This document shows, piece by piece, positions 52,521 through 64,000 of a stretch of 64,000 nt of DNA. The translations under genes and the position numbers were made by a program. The notes beneath the pieces were generated by a model, which was given only the letters and a program-made list of their open reading frames with translations, was not told the origin of the DNA and searched no databases. Location of the stretch: positions 72,728,001 through 72,792,000 of the forward strand of contig CM052816.1 of the NCBI GenBank assembly GCA_028534125.1, read 5' to 3'. The DNA comes from Lama glama. Its lineage: Eukaryota. Position 1 is the first letter of the stretch; the number at the start of each line of letters is the position of its first letter.

Positions 52521-54944
52521 CCTATCATAGCATTTTATTTCATGGGCCCCAAAGAGCTTCATCCATTATTAATTGTCAATTAATGTTCACAGAAAACAAC
52601 TATAAATTGATTGCACCAGTGGAAGAACTTGGAATATATGTGGAAATATTTGAAAAACTCATTGTATTTTGTATGTGTATCTTGGTTTTTAAAGTTTCTC
52701 CTTTTCCTACTGTCATAAATCTAAAAGTAATTTGGCAAAGGAAAGAAGTTTTAACTTTGCATTTATTCTGAATTTCTCATTTACTTGGGTTTCACATGAC
52801 ATGAAGAAAGCTATGTGATAAGTGAGGGATATAAGAAAACAATAGAGGAAATATTTTCTGAATGTTAGCATGAACATTTTCATAGTCCCATTATATACTC
52901 TATTATTTTTGAGAAATATTTTGTTGTTTTTAAAGATGCAATATATTCTAGAAATGAGTAATCCCTAAGAAAAATTTAATTTGACTTGTGAATCTTTAGT
53001 TTATTTCAGTTATTACATATATATATGTGTATATATATACACACATATATATATATAAAGAGCATAGACAATTTATCATAAGATATGAAGAATATGTGCT
53101 GAAATCATTGACCAGGCTTCCCTATGCTTTGAGAATATATTGATGGGTACAATGTGACCACATTTACATACTGTTCTAGTATTAACCAGCTAGGTGCCTC
53201 GGAAACACGGCTCCACTTAAGCAAGAGTTACTTAACACTTGGCTCTGCTGTACAATCTGCTGTCTCATACTGCATGCATAGAGCTGTGAGCACAGCCATC
53301 TGTGGACGGTAACCATTTATTCTAATTGTATAAGTTTGATAATGATGAAAAATCACATAGGAAAATAAGAGAATTTGCCACCACATCTTTTTAATTTATA
53401 CAAGTATGTATAACAATGAACCACCCTATGTTCTCTATACTGCAATAGCATTTTCTAGAGCATATCATGAAGTCAATAAAATTTTTCTCTGAATATATTC
53501 TAAAGATAGAAATAAATATTAATTACAATATCTACTTATAATGTCCACCAAAGCGATTGATGTATATGCACAGAGCATCTTGTACTAGCGTTTGCCATTG
53601 TGATCAATGTGGTAATCTGAGATCCTGATTCTTTTAAGTTTGGAAAGTCCTTCCAGTAAAAAAAAAAAAAATTCTTTAATTTCAGTTGTATTAAAATGAA
53701 AACATAATTAATTTGACTATTTCAATTTGCCATAAACTATGTTTTTGTCCTTTAGATGATCTTTTAAATGTGCTTGTTCTGGTGTCAGCTATTGTTTCAT
53801 ATTTTTAAAAAGATATTTAGTTAAATAGAATTATAAAACGGGAAAAATACCATTTCAGGTGGAACCCATTACTAACTCCCCACTACTCCCAAGCTAAAAG
53901 TAAAGCATTAGTGCTCCATTAAATGATTACATTTTGTTTAGCACTTTTGTAATTTTGCTTTCACTGGATCATCAATTCTTAAGGGAAAAGAAAAAAAAAT
54001 TTAGCATAGGTATATAATGAGTAAATCAAATTTAAGTTGGTATTATTCTATAACAATTATGAAAGTCATTCTCCTGAGGGTACTTTCCTTTGCACTCATT
54101 GATGTTGTAGTTTGTCTATAATTTTTTGTAATTATTTTACCAGGAGATTATAACTTAAAAAAATAGCTCTTTAGAAATGTATGAAAAAGATTCTATGTAT
54201 TAATTTTTATACAATGAAATATATAAACATGAAAACCTTATAAATGATAGATCTTGATGCAGTATATATATGAAAACTTATGAGAATGACATGTTCTAAT
54301 GTGTTCTAATGTATTTTATCATTTAATTTGTATCATAATGCATTGTGTGAACAAATTATAGTGGTTTAGTGCTGTGTAGGAATTAAGTGACCACAAAATT
54401 TGAAAGAGAAATAAAGAGGATAAACTCACTATTTTACATAAAATAAGTAAATTAGAAGTAGGAGATAGGAACCAAATAGCTGATGCAGTAAAAGTAGATT
54501 GCCTTTTCTCCTTTCAGCTGTGTTTCCACCATTGAGGCCATCTGCCATTTTCACTAGATGTCGCTGAAGCCGGCTTTGTTTCTCCCAAAAGAAAGAAAAC
54601 TTATACTCTTTATCATAACCAGCTATTGTTTAAGATAGCTGGTTTCGTTTGCTGAGTTATGTTCTCATTAAAATCTTCTATTTCTCATCTAGTAAGTAAA
54701 TGATGTGTTTATGAGTATATTTCTACCAAGTAACCTATAGAAGAGTTCTAACTTCTACCAGATATCTAATATTTAGTATATACAGTCAGGTATTATTATT
54801 GTTTGGTTCTTTATGCATCTATCAGTTTTGCGACATCCATTCACAGCCATGCTCAGCAAATCATCTATATTCAGTGATGAATAAAGAGCCAATTAATTGC
54901 AATGTCATAGTTTACATTGCCCCTTTACCTTTTAAAGATCTTTT

Positions 54945-55025
54945 TGTTACTGAGTCCAAACTTGTTCTGCTTGCAGCAACACAGGACCATACATTGGGAG
55001 ACAAGGTGTTGGGGACATAAGGTCT
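54945..55025 (-). mobile_element. Truncated LTR end related to the 37291 LTR
   Basis: tgttactgagtccaaacttgttctgc...aggtgttgggg aligns by eye with tgttactgactccaagctcatactgt...aggtgtttggg. Confidence 0.7.
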
Positions 55026-55202
55026 TATAATAAGAATCAGAAAAAAAAGGAAAAGGACAAGTACAAGTACAAGAATCAGACATGGCTCAGTCAAAGATGT
55101 GAAAAATACATAAAATTTATGTGACTGTAATTTCAATATATGTCAATAATTAAGATACTGCCCATGTTAAATAAATTAAAGATCATAACTGACAGTATTT
55201 TT

Positions 55203-55927
55203 AGAAAAAATTTTATTGAAGTATAGTTGATTTAGAATGTTTCAGGTGTACAGCAAAGTGATTCAGTTATACACACAGACACATACAATATATATTGCTT
55301 TTCAGATTCTCTCCCATTATAGGTTATTACAAGATATTGGATATAGTTCCCTGTGCTATATAGTAGGTCCTTATTGTTTAGCTATTTCATATATAGTAGT
55401 TTATATTTGCTAATCCCAAATTCCAAATTTATCCTTCTCCCCACTTCCCCCTTTAGTAAGCATAAGTTGGTTTTCTATGTCTGTGAGTCAATTTCTGTTT
55501 TGTACATAAGTTCCTTATTTTTTTAGAGTCCATATATAAGTGATATCATATGTTATTTATTTTTGTCTGACTTACTTCACTTAGTATGATAATCTCTAGG
55601 TCCATCCATGTTGCTGTAAATGCCATTATTTCCTTCTTTTCTATGGCTGAGTAATATTCCACTGTATAAATATATACCACATCTCCTTTATCCATTTATC
55701 TGTTGATAGTCATTTAGGTTGCTTTCATGACTCAACTATTGAAAATAGTCCTGCTATGAACATTGAGGTGCATGTATCTTTTCAAATTAGTTTCCTCCAG
55801 ATATATGCCCAAGAGTGGGATTGCTGGATCCTATGGTAATTTTATTTTTTAGTTTTTTTAAGGAGCCTCCATACTGTTCTCCATAGTGGCTGCACCAACT
55901 TACATGCCCACAAACAGTGTAGGAGGG
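55203..55927 (-). mobile_element. 5'-truncated L1 with 17-bp TSD
   Basis: Antisense L1 3'UTR and ORF2 end. TSD TAACTGACA(G/A)TATTTTT at 55186-55202 and 55928-55944. Confidence 0.95.
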
Positions 55928-57850
55928 TAACTGACAATATTTTTACAAGAAAAAATATTTAATGTAATTTTGGGCATCCAATTCTAAGATCTTATAATTC
56001 TATAGATAATTATTTTCTGACCAGAAGATACCTAATTATCTCTTTGAAATGTAAATGCTCACTGGTTATCTATTTTTATTTCTGAAATTATGCTTTTAAA
56101 ACTAATTTAGATCATTTATAAAATCATTTGTATGTAAGATAAATTAAGGGCATTGTGACACATCAGTAATTAACTTTGCCTTTCAATAACTACTTTTCTC
56201 AAATAACTCACTTGATCATTTTACAGAGTATTTAAGTATTAAGAAAGCATTAAAGCACACTTACATATTGTAAAAACCTAGGAAGAGTGTAGCAAAGAGA
56301 ATGAAATTATGCAAATTGAACAAGAGATCTCACTGTTTTTACACTTATTCTTCTCGATTATGTAAACAGGAAACAAAGGCTCTTTCCTTTGCAGTGTTTT
56401 TCTTTGTAGTACATCTCTTACTGTGTAGCCGAATTTAGTTCATAAATTTATGTCACTCATTTTGACAGAGCACTCTGATGAATTCCTTAACTGAGAAACT
56501 TAGAAGTAATGTGGCTCTGCTTCCATAAACCACTAACATCTTGTCTTATTTGTTCTATTTTTCTTTATTACTTGTAATAAGAAAAATCTTTTAAATTATG
56601 ACAAAAATATTCTCCTGGATTAAATTAGTCATTTGCCAGTTTCCACTTGGAGCACAATCAGAGCAAAAGATTACTTATTGTTTAATTTACAGCAAGACAG
56701 TCAGAAGCTGCAATATTTCACATTTGACTTCACCAAAAATAAAGCCATCCCTAATATAATCGTGATGCATCTGCTCATTGAATTGCTGATTATTTCCATT
56801 GCAGCCACGTTATGGTAAATTGAACTCACAGGTTCTTAAAAATGCTTATCTCTTCATTTAGAGATAAAAGAGTTAATTGATCATAAGTTAACTCATCTTC
56901 TCTCTATGAATCTCTCATTTGTGAAATTATATTTCTTTAGAGGATCCAGAGCAAACTTGAGAAAAGGGATACAAAATAAGCAACCAATCAACCAGACACA
57001 CATAACCCATTTCATTAATATTAATAAAACACAACTAATCAAAGCATTTAAATAGTGCACTTTTTTCACTTATTTCCCAGGAATTTGATGCAAGTGAATT
57101 CAATGGCAAGAGAAGTGAGGAAGGTATTTGAAATTTATCCTAAGAAATAATCTTGACTATGGAATTAATGTTAAGTGTCAGCTCAATCTAGTGTCCTATG
57201 CTATACTTCTTTGTAATATAGTATTGACACATATACAATGTGATCCAAAAAATATTGACTATAAAATAGTAATTTAATGTATTTCATAATATTCCATACA
57301 ACATGACAGGAATGAGAAATTTTTCATCAACTTTCGAAACCAAAAATTTGCTATTATTATAAGAGTCAACTAAGTCAACAAAAATAACCTGAAATCTTTG
57401 TCTCTAAAAACACCATTTAATGTATAAATTTGACTGCACATAGAAAATTCTTTAATAATCACATGACAACTTGAGGCTATCAGATTAATCTAGTGTTTGA
57501 AAAATAAATAAAAAAGAAAATGCAATCAATTCCATCAAAAGGTATTACCCAAACATGGTCTGGTCTAACCAAACTGACTTTGAATTTAAATACCTACATG
57601 AGCCAATCCAGTAATAAAGATGTATGAAATTAGACCAAGTATAAGAAAAAAAACAAGCCTTGCCTCTAGTGAACTAGGCAAAGCTTATCCTGTCTAAGGG
57701 ACACAGCTACTCCTCAGTTTCAGCTGATAATTATCACGTGGAAGTTTATATATACCCAGTGTTGCCCAGAACTAGCAAGGAAAGCTGGCATTTTTATGGG
57801 AAATCAGAATTTTTAGATATAGCAACTACTATACACACAGACACACACAC

Positions 57851-58342
57851 ATGACATACCTCATTTTATTTTTCTTCAACTGGTTACATTTTGCAGATTT
57901 TTATTGTTTTTTACAAATTGAAGGTTGTGGCAACCCTGCATCGAGCAAGTCTATCAGCGCCATTTTTCCAACAGCATTTGCTCACTTTGTCTCTGTGTCA
58001 TATTTTGGTAATTCTTGCAATATTTCAAACATTATTATTATTATTGTATTTTTATGGCAATAACAGTCAGTGATTTTTGATGTTACTATTGCCAAAAGAT
58101 TACAACTCACTGAAGGCTTACATGATGGTTAGCATTTTTTAGCTATAAAGTATTTTTAATCAAGGTATGTACCTTTTATAGACATAATGCTATTGCACAC
58201 TTAATAGACTATAGTATATTGTAAACATAACTTTTATATATGCACTGAGAAACCAAAACATCCCAGTGACATGTTTTAATGCAATACTGGATTTATTTCA
58301 GTGGTTGCAAACCAAACCTGTAATATCTCTGAGGTGCACCTA
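57851..58342 (+). mobile_element. Non-autonomous Tigger1 derivative (Tigger1a_Art-like, Tc1/mariner)
   Basis: The Tigger1 left end (catacctcattttatt...tacaaattgaaggttgtggcaaccctgcatcgagcaagtc) is fused to the right end (aatatctctgaggtgcaccta-ta). No transposase is present. Confidence 0.88.
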
Positions 58343-58352
58343 TAAGTACAAA

Positions 58353-58388
58353 TACACACACACACACACACATACACACACACACACA
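58353..58388. repeat. Interrupted (CA)n microsatellite
   Basis: CA run directly after the Tigger element. A shorter CA run (57832-57851) precedes it. Confidence 0.9.
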
Positions 58389-58974
58389 AGTGTATATACA
58401 TATATGTAAAATGTATGTCGTTTAATTATATATGCTTATATATCATTTTACATAATTATTATTTTTTAAAAATAATGTGTCCCCAGGAAGAAAACACCAG
58501 TAAGCATGATTTAGATCTAGGAGGCCATCAGCTTCCAACTTTCTAGATTAGTCATTTAGTTCATAGGGTTGAAACCAGTAATATGTGCTTTGTCCCTACA
58601 TGTACTGGTCCCTTCTTTCAGACCAGGTCCTAACAGAATTCCTCCTTGCTCCTCCATTTACAAAAGGGAAAATAAATCAATCAATGTAAAAGGTACCTGG
58701 GGAAAATGGGAGAAAGGGAATTTTTCCGCATCAGCTTTATGTTAGTGATACAATTAAGAACATATCCAGCATCTTAAAATTTATCACTGGAGATATTTTT
58801 CAGTTTTAAGTATGTAGTGTCCAGGCTGGGCTGAAAAAGATTTGGAATAGCATTGTCTATGCAATTAGATATAAAAGCCCTTCCCACTGCAGGACCGTTT
58901 GCATCCACTTATTTGTATGAGATTAGGATGCATTAGTAGCATTTAGCTATCATTTATCTAGCTAGCTGCTTATC

Positions 58975-59370
58975 TACATACTTACCTATTTATTTATTGA
59001 GTGATGATTTTTATATCTGCTGATCAAATGGGAAAATATATTGACAATAAAACACATTCTTGCCTTCATAGTTTTTCTATTTGGGAAAATAGAAAATAAA
59101 CAAAATGAAGAGCTGTAAAAGATAATCCCAGGCAGCACAAATCCTATTAAGAAATCTAAAGCAAGTGGACAGAATACAGTGACCTGGGTCAAGCAGATCT
59201 ATTTAAAGGCGAGTAGTCCAGGAGGAAGGGACAGCTGACTCGTGTGGCCGGAGTGGCATGAGAGAGGAGTACAAAAATGATGTTGGAAAGATACCCAGGG
59301 CTAACCAGATCACAAAGTGTCTTGCAAACTATGGGAAGATTTGAGGTTTTACTCTCTGTAAAGTGGAGAA
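58975..59370 (-). mobile_element. L2 3' fragment
   Basis: tatttattgagtg...ccagatcacaaagtgtcttgcaaactatgggaagatttgaggttttactct. Confidence 0.6.
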
Positions 59371-61319
59371 CTAAATGAGACCCAGCAGCCTATGCTGTGA
59401 GAACCCCTTCCAGGGCAGAACGCAGAGGACGGAGTCCTATTTTCCTAGTTTACAGAAAAAGCTATGGCACCAGGCACTTAGCTGCAGGAGGGTGAGCACA
59501 TGTCTAAGTCAGTTGACAACAAGCCAGTGGTCGGGGCAGAGCAACAGAGTCCAGACCAGTGCAGAGGTCGGCCGTGCGTGATGAAGGCTCCAGGCAGCGG
59601 GGCAGAGCCGCACACAGCAGTGAGTCTGACCTCAACTAGTGAGGTCTGGAGACGGAGCAGCAGCTACTTTCCCCCTGGGTAGAGCAAGGAAGCACAGTGG
59701 CCTACGTAAGTAGGTCAGACTGATTTGAAACGTGTGACATCTTCCTTAACATCTCAGGTGGAAGAGGGGCCTCAGTTTCTTTGGTCATGAAGGTGGGAGT
59801 GGCTAAGATCTTATATAGAGAAAACTTTTAAAATGATCTTATCTTATTCTAAGGAGAGAGAATTTGGGTAGCTTTGATCTTATTTTCATCAACAAATATT
59901 TATTGATTGTCTGCTGGGTGCCAGGCTCTGGTGTAGGTATTATTATCCTGCCCTGGGAGGTCTCCATTCTAATTGAACTTGTTACTGTACAAGGAATAAT
60001 TGAGAGTAAGTTTGATTTCCTCAAGTATCATGTTCAGTGACGAGAAACCAAGACAGATGTTTGATTTCTGGCAGTCTCAGAGCTTCAGTGATGCTTGAGC
60101 TTTTTGATTTATGTTTCTATCTTCATTATTTGAAAAATTCTCAACACATATTCCCATTTGAAGCTGATGCTTTGTCAGTATGTCTAATGATATTATGTAT
60201 TTATGTTTTATATTTCTTTTTGCCTTCCCTTCAATCTCCTGTAATATCACTACTTCTGGGAAGTCTATCTATGTTAAAGGAGTCTGTGTACTTGCATTTA
60301 TATCAAATGAAATCATTAGGAATCTATTTTAAAATATTTAGGCTCCAATTGTAAAAATAATATCCTATTGGTTAATGGATCATCTTTTAACCCTGGAGAG
60401 GATCTTCCATGTCTCTATGAGCCATTTGCTCATTCTTGCTCTACTTATCTAGTCATGCAGGGTTTATGGAATAACTTCTGGAAGTCAAGCGGAACTCTGT
60501 TTAAATAAAAGAGCAATTTGAACTTGATTCATTTCCCTCTAAAAAAGACAGAAGATGACATATTAATTTACAATGTTTCTCATTTTATCATTGTACTGCA
60601 TTTTTTTTTCTTTTCCTGGAAGAAAACACTTACTAGAAAACATTAGATCATTTTGTGTATTTAAAGGCTAAGATACCATTTGGTGCTCCACGTTTCCCCA
60701 GTAATGACATATTTTCCTTATCCAAAATTTGATTTTGTCAGGGTTGCAGGATAGCCACTCTGAAACATATAAGGAATTAGAGAGAGAGAGATTTTTTCTG
60801 AGTCGTAAACTTCAGTTTAAGAGAAAAAAGTTACATTCAGGCTCCTATTTATTTTCCTCTCCATCACCCAACAATTTTCTGAAAGAGAGAAAACTACACT
60901 TCAACTCAGAAGGAAACTATCTCTTAGTCATTTTCCAGTGAAATTTTAATTGACTACTGGTAGTTGAAAACATAAAATAATCAATTTATTAAATGGAAAT
61001 AGGGCTTTATTAAAAATACAATCATGAACTGAGAATGCAGACAGAGCATTCATTGAAATAGATCCTTCAGTTCTTCAGAAGAGTTACAAATTTTCTTTTG
61101 ACAAAAGAAAGCTATTCATGGAGCCTAAGGAGTATTCAGAAGATTACAAAATTCTTTCAGTGGAATTGCTGTCATATTAGGCATCTGATAGCTGTGCATG
61201 ACTATTTTCACAGAGGTTGCTCTGAAGAGAGACATAATTTAAACACATTCTTTCTGTAGTTAACATGTAAGATTATTGTAGACCAATATAAAGAGAGTAT
61301 TCCTCTTCCTGGTTGGCCC

Positions 61320-61540
61320 TTAATGTTTGTGCTTACTATATGTTAGGGATCCTGATGTGCACATCATCTCATTTAATCATCACCACCTCTAAAGCATGCA
61401 TTGATAATCTCAATTTTATAATGAAGAAACTGGAGCTCGGAGTCCTTAATATCTCTACTGTAAATGGTAGAGCTGAGACTGAACTCAGGTTTGTCTAATT
61501 TCAACCCTCGGAAGCTCTTCAATGCCTTAGCCATTCTGTC
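61320..61540 (-). mobile_element. MIR SINE
   Basis: catctcatttaatcatcac...atgaagaaactggagctcggag...gtaaatggtagagctgagactgaactcagg. Confidence 0.8.
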
Positions 61541-61570
61541 TTCACATTTGGGACTTTATTTATTACTTCA

Positions 61571-61949
61571 TGTCTTAGCTTGGGCTGCCAGAAAAAATAC
61601 CACACACTGGGTGGCTTAAACAACAGATACTAATTTCTCCCCTTTCTGGAGTCTAGGAAGTCCAAGATCAAGGTGCCAGCTATTTTTGCTCCTGGTGAAA
61701 GCTCTCTCCTAGGTTTGCAGGTGGCCGTTTTCTCACTGTGTCTTCTGGGGTGGAGAGAGAGGAAACTCTCTGGTCCCCTCCCATAAGGTCTCATGACTAA
61801 TCCCATCACAAGGACCTCACCTTCATGACCTCATCTAAGTTAATTGCCTCCCAAAGGCTCCTTCTCCAAATACCATCACATTGGGAGTGAGGGCTCCAAC
61901 ATGAATTGGGCAAGGTGTGTGTCGGGGAGACGCAGTTCAGCACATAGCA
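61571..61949 (-). mobile_element. MLT1A-type MaLR solo LTR
   Basis: TG...CA termini: tgtcttagcttgggctgcc...gaagtccaagatcaaggtgccag...ttcagcacatagca. Confidence 0.9.
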
Positions 61950-62048
61950 TCTAGCTTGTTTTAATTCCTTCTTCCAGTTTAACCCCAGCCTGGCACATCT
62001 GTCAGGTGAGCAAAACTGAATGTGTCAGCATATTAACTCTTCCCCTGG

Positions 62049-62487
62049 TGTGGTAGCCAGTTCTGGCGATCCACCTCCAAATGATCACACTTCCCATACG
62101 GTGCCAGGGTTGGTCTGTGTTACCAAAAAATACGTGGTAAAAATACATCTACTCCCTCTCTCCCATCACTGAACATTAAAAATAAGAACTTCCTGGGATT
62201 GGGGTGGAAGAGCAGCTGCTATGTGTGAGCTGCCCTGGGGAAAGGCACCCAAGCCTCCTGCCAGCAGGCATATGAGAGGCTGCAAGTGGGTGCTCCAGCG
62301 CTCCTTCGGATGACGCGTCCCTGGCTTCTTTTGGGGCTAACTCTCTCATGAGAGGTCCTGAGCCAGAGGTACGCAGCTGAGCCATTCCCTGACTCCTGAG
62401 TCTCAGAAACTGAGATAATAAATAGTTGTTGCTTTAAGCTGCTAAATTTTAGAGCAATTTGCTACCCAACAATCCATAATGGATGCA
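62049..62487 (+). mobile_element. MLT1F-like MaLR solo LTR
   Basis: tgtggtagccag...cctgagccagag...cagaaactgagatAATAAAtagttgttgctttaagctgctaaatttt...ggatgca. Confidence 0.8.
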
Positions 62488-63199
62488 CTTGGCATTCTAT
62501 CTTTCATTTTTTGTCAGCATACCCAAAGCAGCTTTCAAGCCATTTCTCTTCTCCACTCAGAGCTTCCTTCAAATCTTCCATTCTTTACGAAAATTTTTAC
62601 TCACTTTGATACTCTCAGATTTTAAACTTATGTCCTGGGTTAAATGCATAATGCGACAAATTTGCCACGCACATACCATGAATGTGAATGGAGGTCAGTA
62701 GGAAATATTCTTGGAAACAACAAAATGCCTTTACTCACCCACTATAAATTTAGAATTTGTGTTTATTTGGCAGGAACCAGAATAAAGTTTATCTTTGTGC
62801 TACCTTTGTAAAACATATTACTAAGTAAATTAAAAAGCATTTGTTTATAAAAATAAATTTAAGTATATTAACTAAAAACATTTCATAATTTATGTTTTAT
62901 AATCATGAGATAGGTAGTTTACATGTATTCATGTCAATGATTGCAACACAATTGAACTGATTCTCCTGTGTGGCTTGAGCATATCCCATTAATTTACATC
63001 TAAAATTTTAATATGCATTAAATTATTACCCTAATGTATATACCTAAGCATATCTTTGCTAGTGTAATTCCTAATTGATACTTAAGCTGGCAACAAAACT
63101 GCATTTCTTTCTAAAATACTCTGATTCTGACTTGCCACCAGTTTGGATTGAACACACTCATCTGGTTCTATAGCAGGGATATTTGATGTTTTAACATTA

Positions 63200-63370
63200 A
63201 GGAGGCAATGTTATACAGAGCAGAGTGCTAAATAGGGAAGTAGGAGAAATGTGTTTTAATCTGTTTTCCCTTTCTGCACTATTTAACCTTGTGAATAGAA
63301 CTTACTTTCTGTAACCTCTCTTTACTTATGTAAAATGAGGAAGTTGGACTATTAGTAGTTAACCTTAGAA
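63200..63370 (+). mobile_element. MIR SINE fragment
   Basis: taaccttgtgaatagaacttactttctgtaacctctctttacttatgtaaaatgagg. Confidence 0.6.
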
Positions 63371-64000
63371 TTCTTAGTATTCAAGGAGAGACTAAGGACC
63401 AATATGTCAAATAAATATGTATAAAAAATAAAGTCTCATTGATCGGACTGAAGTAGGTATGGGGCCCAGGAGTCCAGGCCTCCGTCTCACCAAGTCTTTC
63501 AAAGGCCCTGTCAGTGTTGGTGGGAACACGATGTGACAGCCCAGTGGATTAGAAGCTCGCTAGAGCTACTGTGTTTATAGTGTTCCGAAACTGTATTTTC
63601 AGTAGAAACCAGTTAACAAATTTGTTACTTGACATGACAAATAGTATTTGAATAAAGTGCTTTTCTTTTGGAGCCCTTATCAATCCATAACCACTTCTTT
63701 TTACTAGCTCATGAATAAATTCTCACCATTACATTTGTATTATGTCATAATTAGTGATGTCTGTACATAGGCCTTTATCAAAATTCAGTGGTAGGCCTAT
63801 ATCAGAATTCAGTGGGTTTAACCAAACTACCATATGAAATAAATAAATGTAGCAAGTAACTCAGGTGTGGTAAAATGCAGAACCTCTTCTTTGTCTTAAG
63901 CATCAGATGCTTGAGCTAAGAACATCCAGAGCACTTCATCGAGTCTGTTGGGTTAGGTAACAAATTGGTTATTGGCTATGTTTACTGGGCTTCAAGCTGA

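Overview
AT-rich mammalian DNA that is almost entirely intronic. The only supported coding feature is a 162-nt, phase-0/0 exon on the + strand (44571-44732). It encodes the S4-S5 linker end, S5 and the extracellular turret of an HCN pacemaker channel. The [17 protein letters not shown] signature and the very long flanking introns point to HCN1 exon 3, so about 44.5 kb of intron 2 and 19.3 kb of intron 3 surround it. Two tRNA-derived SINEs resemble the camelid vic-1-type family, and I saw no Alu, Bov-tA/BovB, PRE1 or Can-SINE. The source is therefore probably a camelid (inference). The rest is old and young transposon debris (L1, L2, MIR, MaLR and ERV LTRs, MER53, a Tigger1 derivative), microsatellites and small tandem duplications. 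I found no convincing new multi-gene system. The best leads are: an HCN4-like NNMV turret and unusually GC3-rich codons in the HCN1 exon; juxtaposed acceptor/donor motifs (possible microexon or recursive splice sites); a CTCF-like site; a twin-primed L1; and a 4x61-bp array inside an L1. Repeat family names and orthologue comparisons come from recall of consensus sequences, not database searches. Boundaries of old repeats are approximate.
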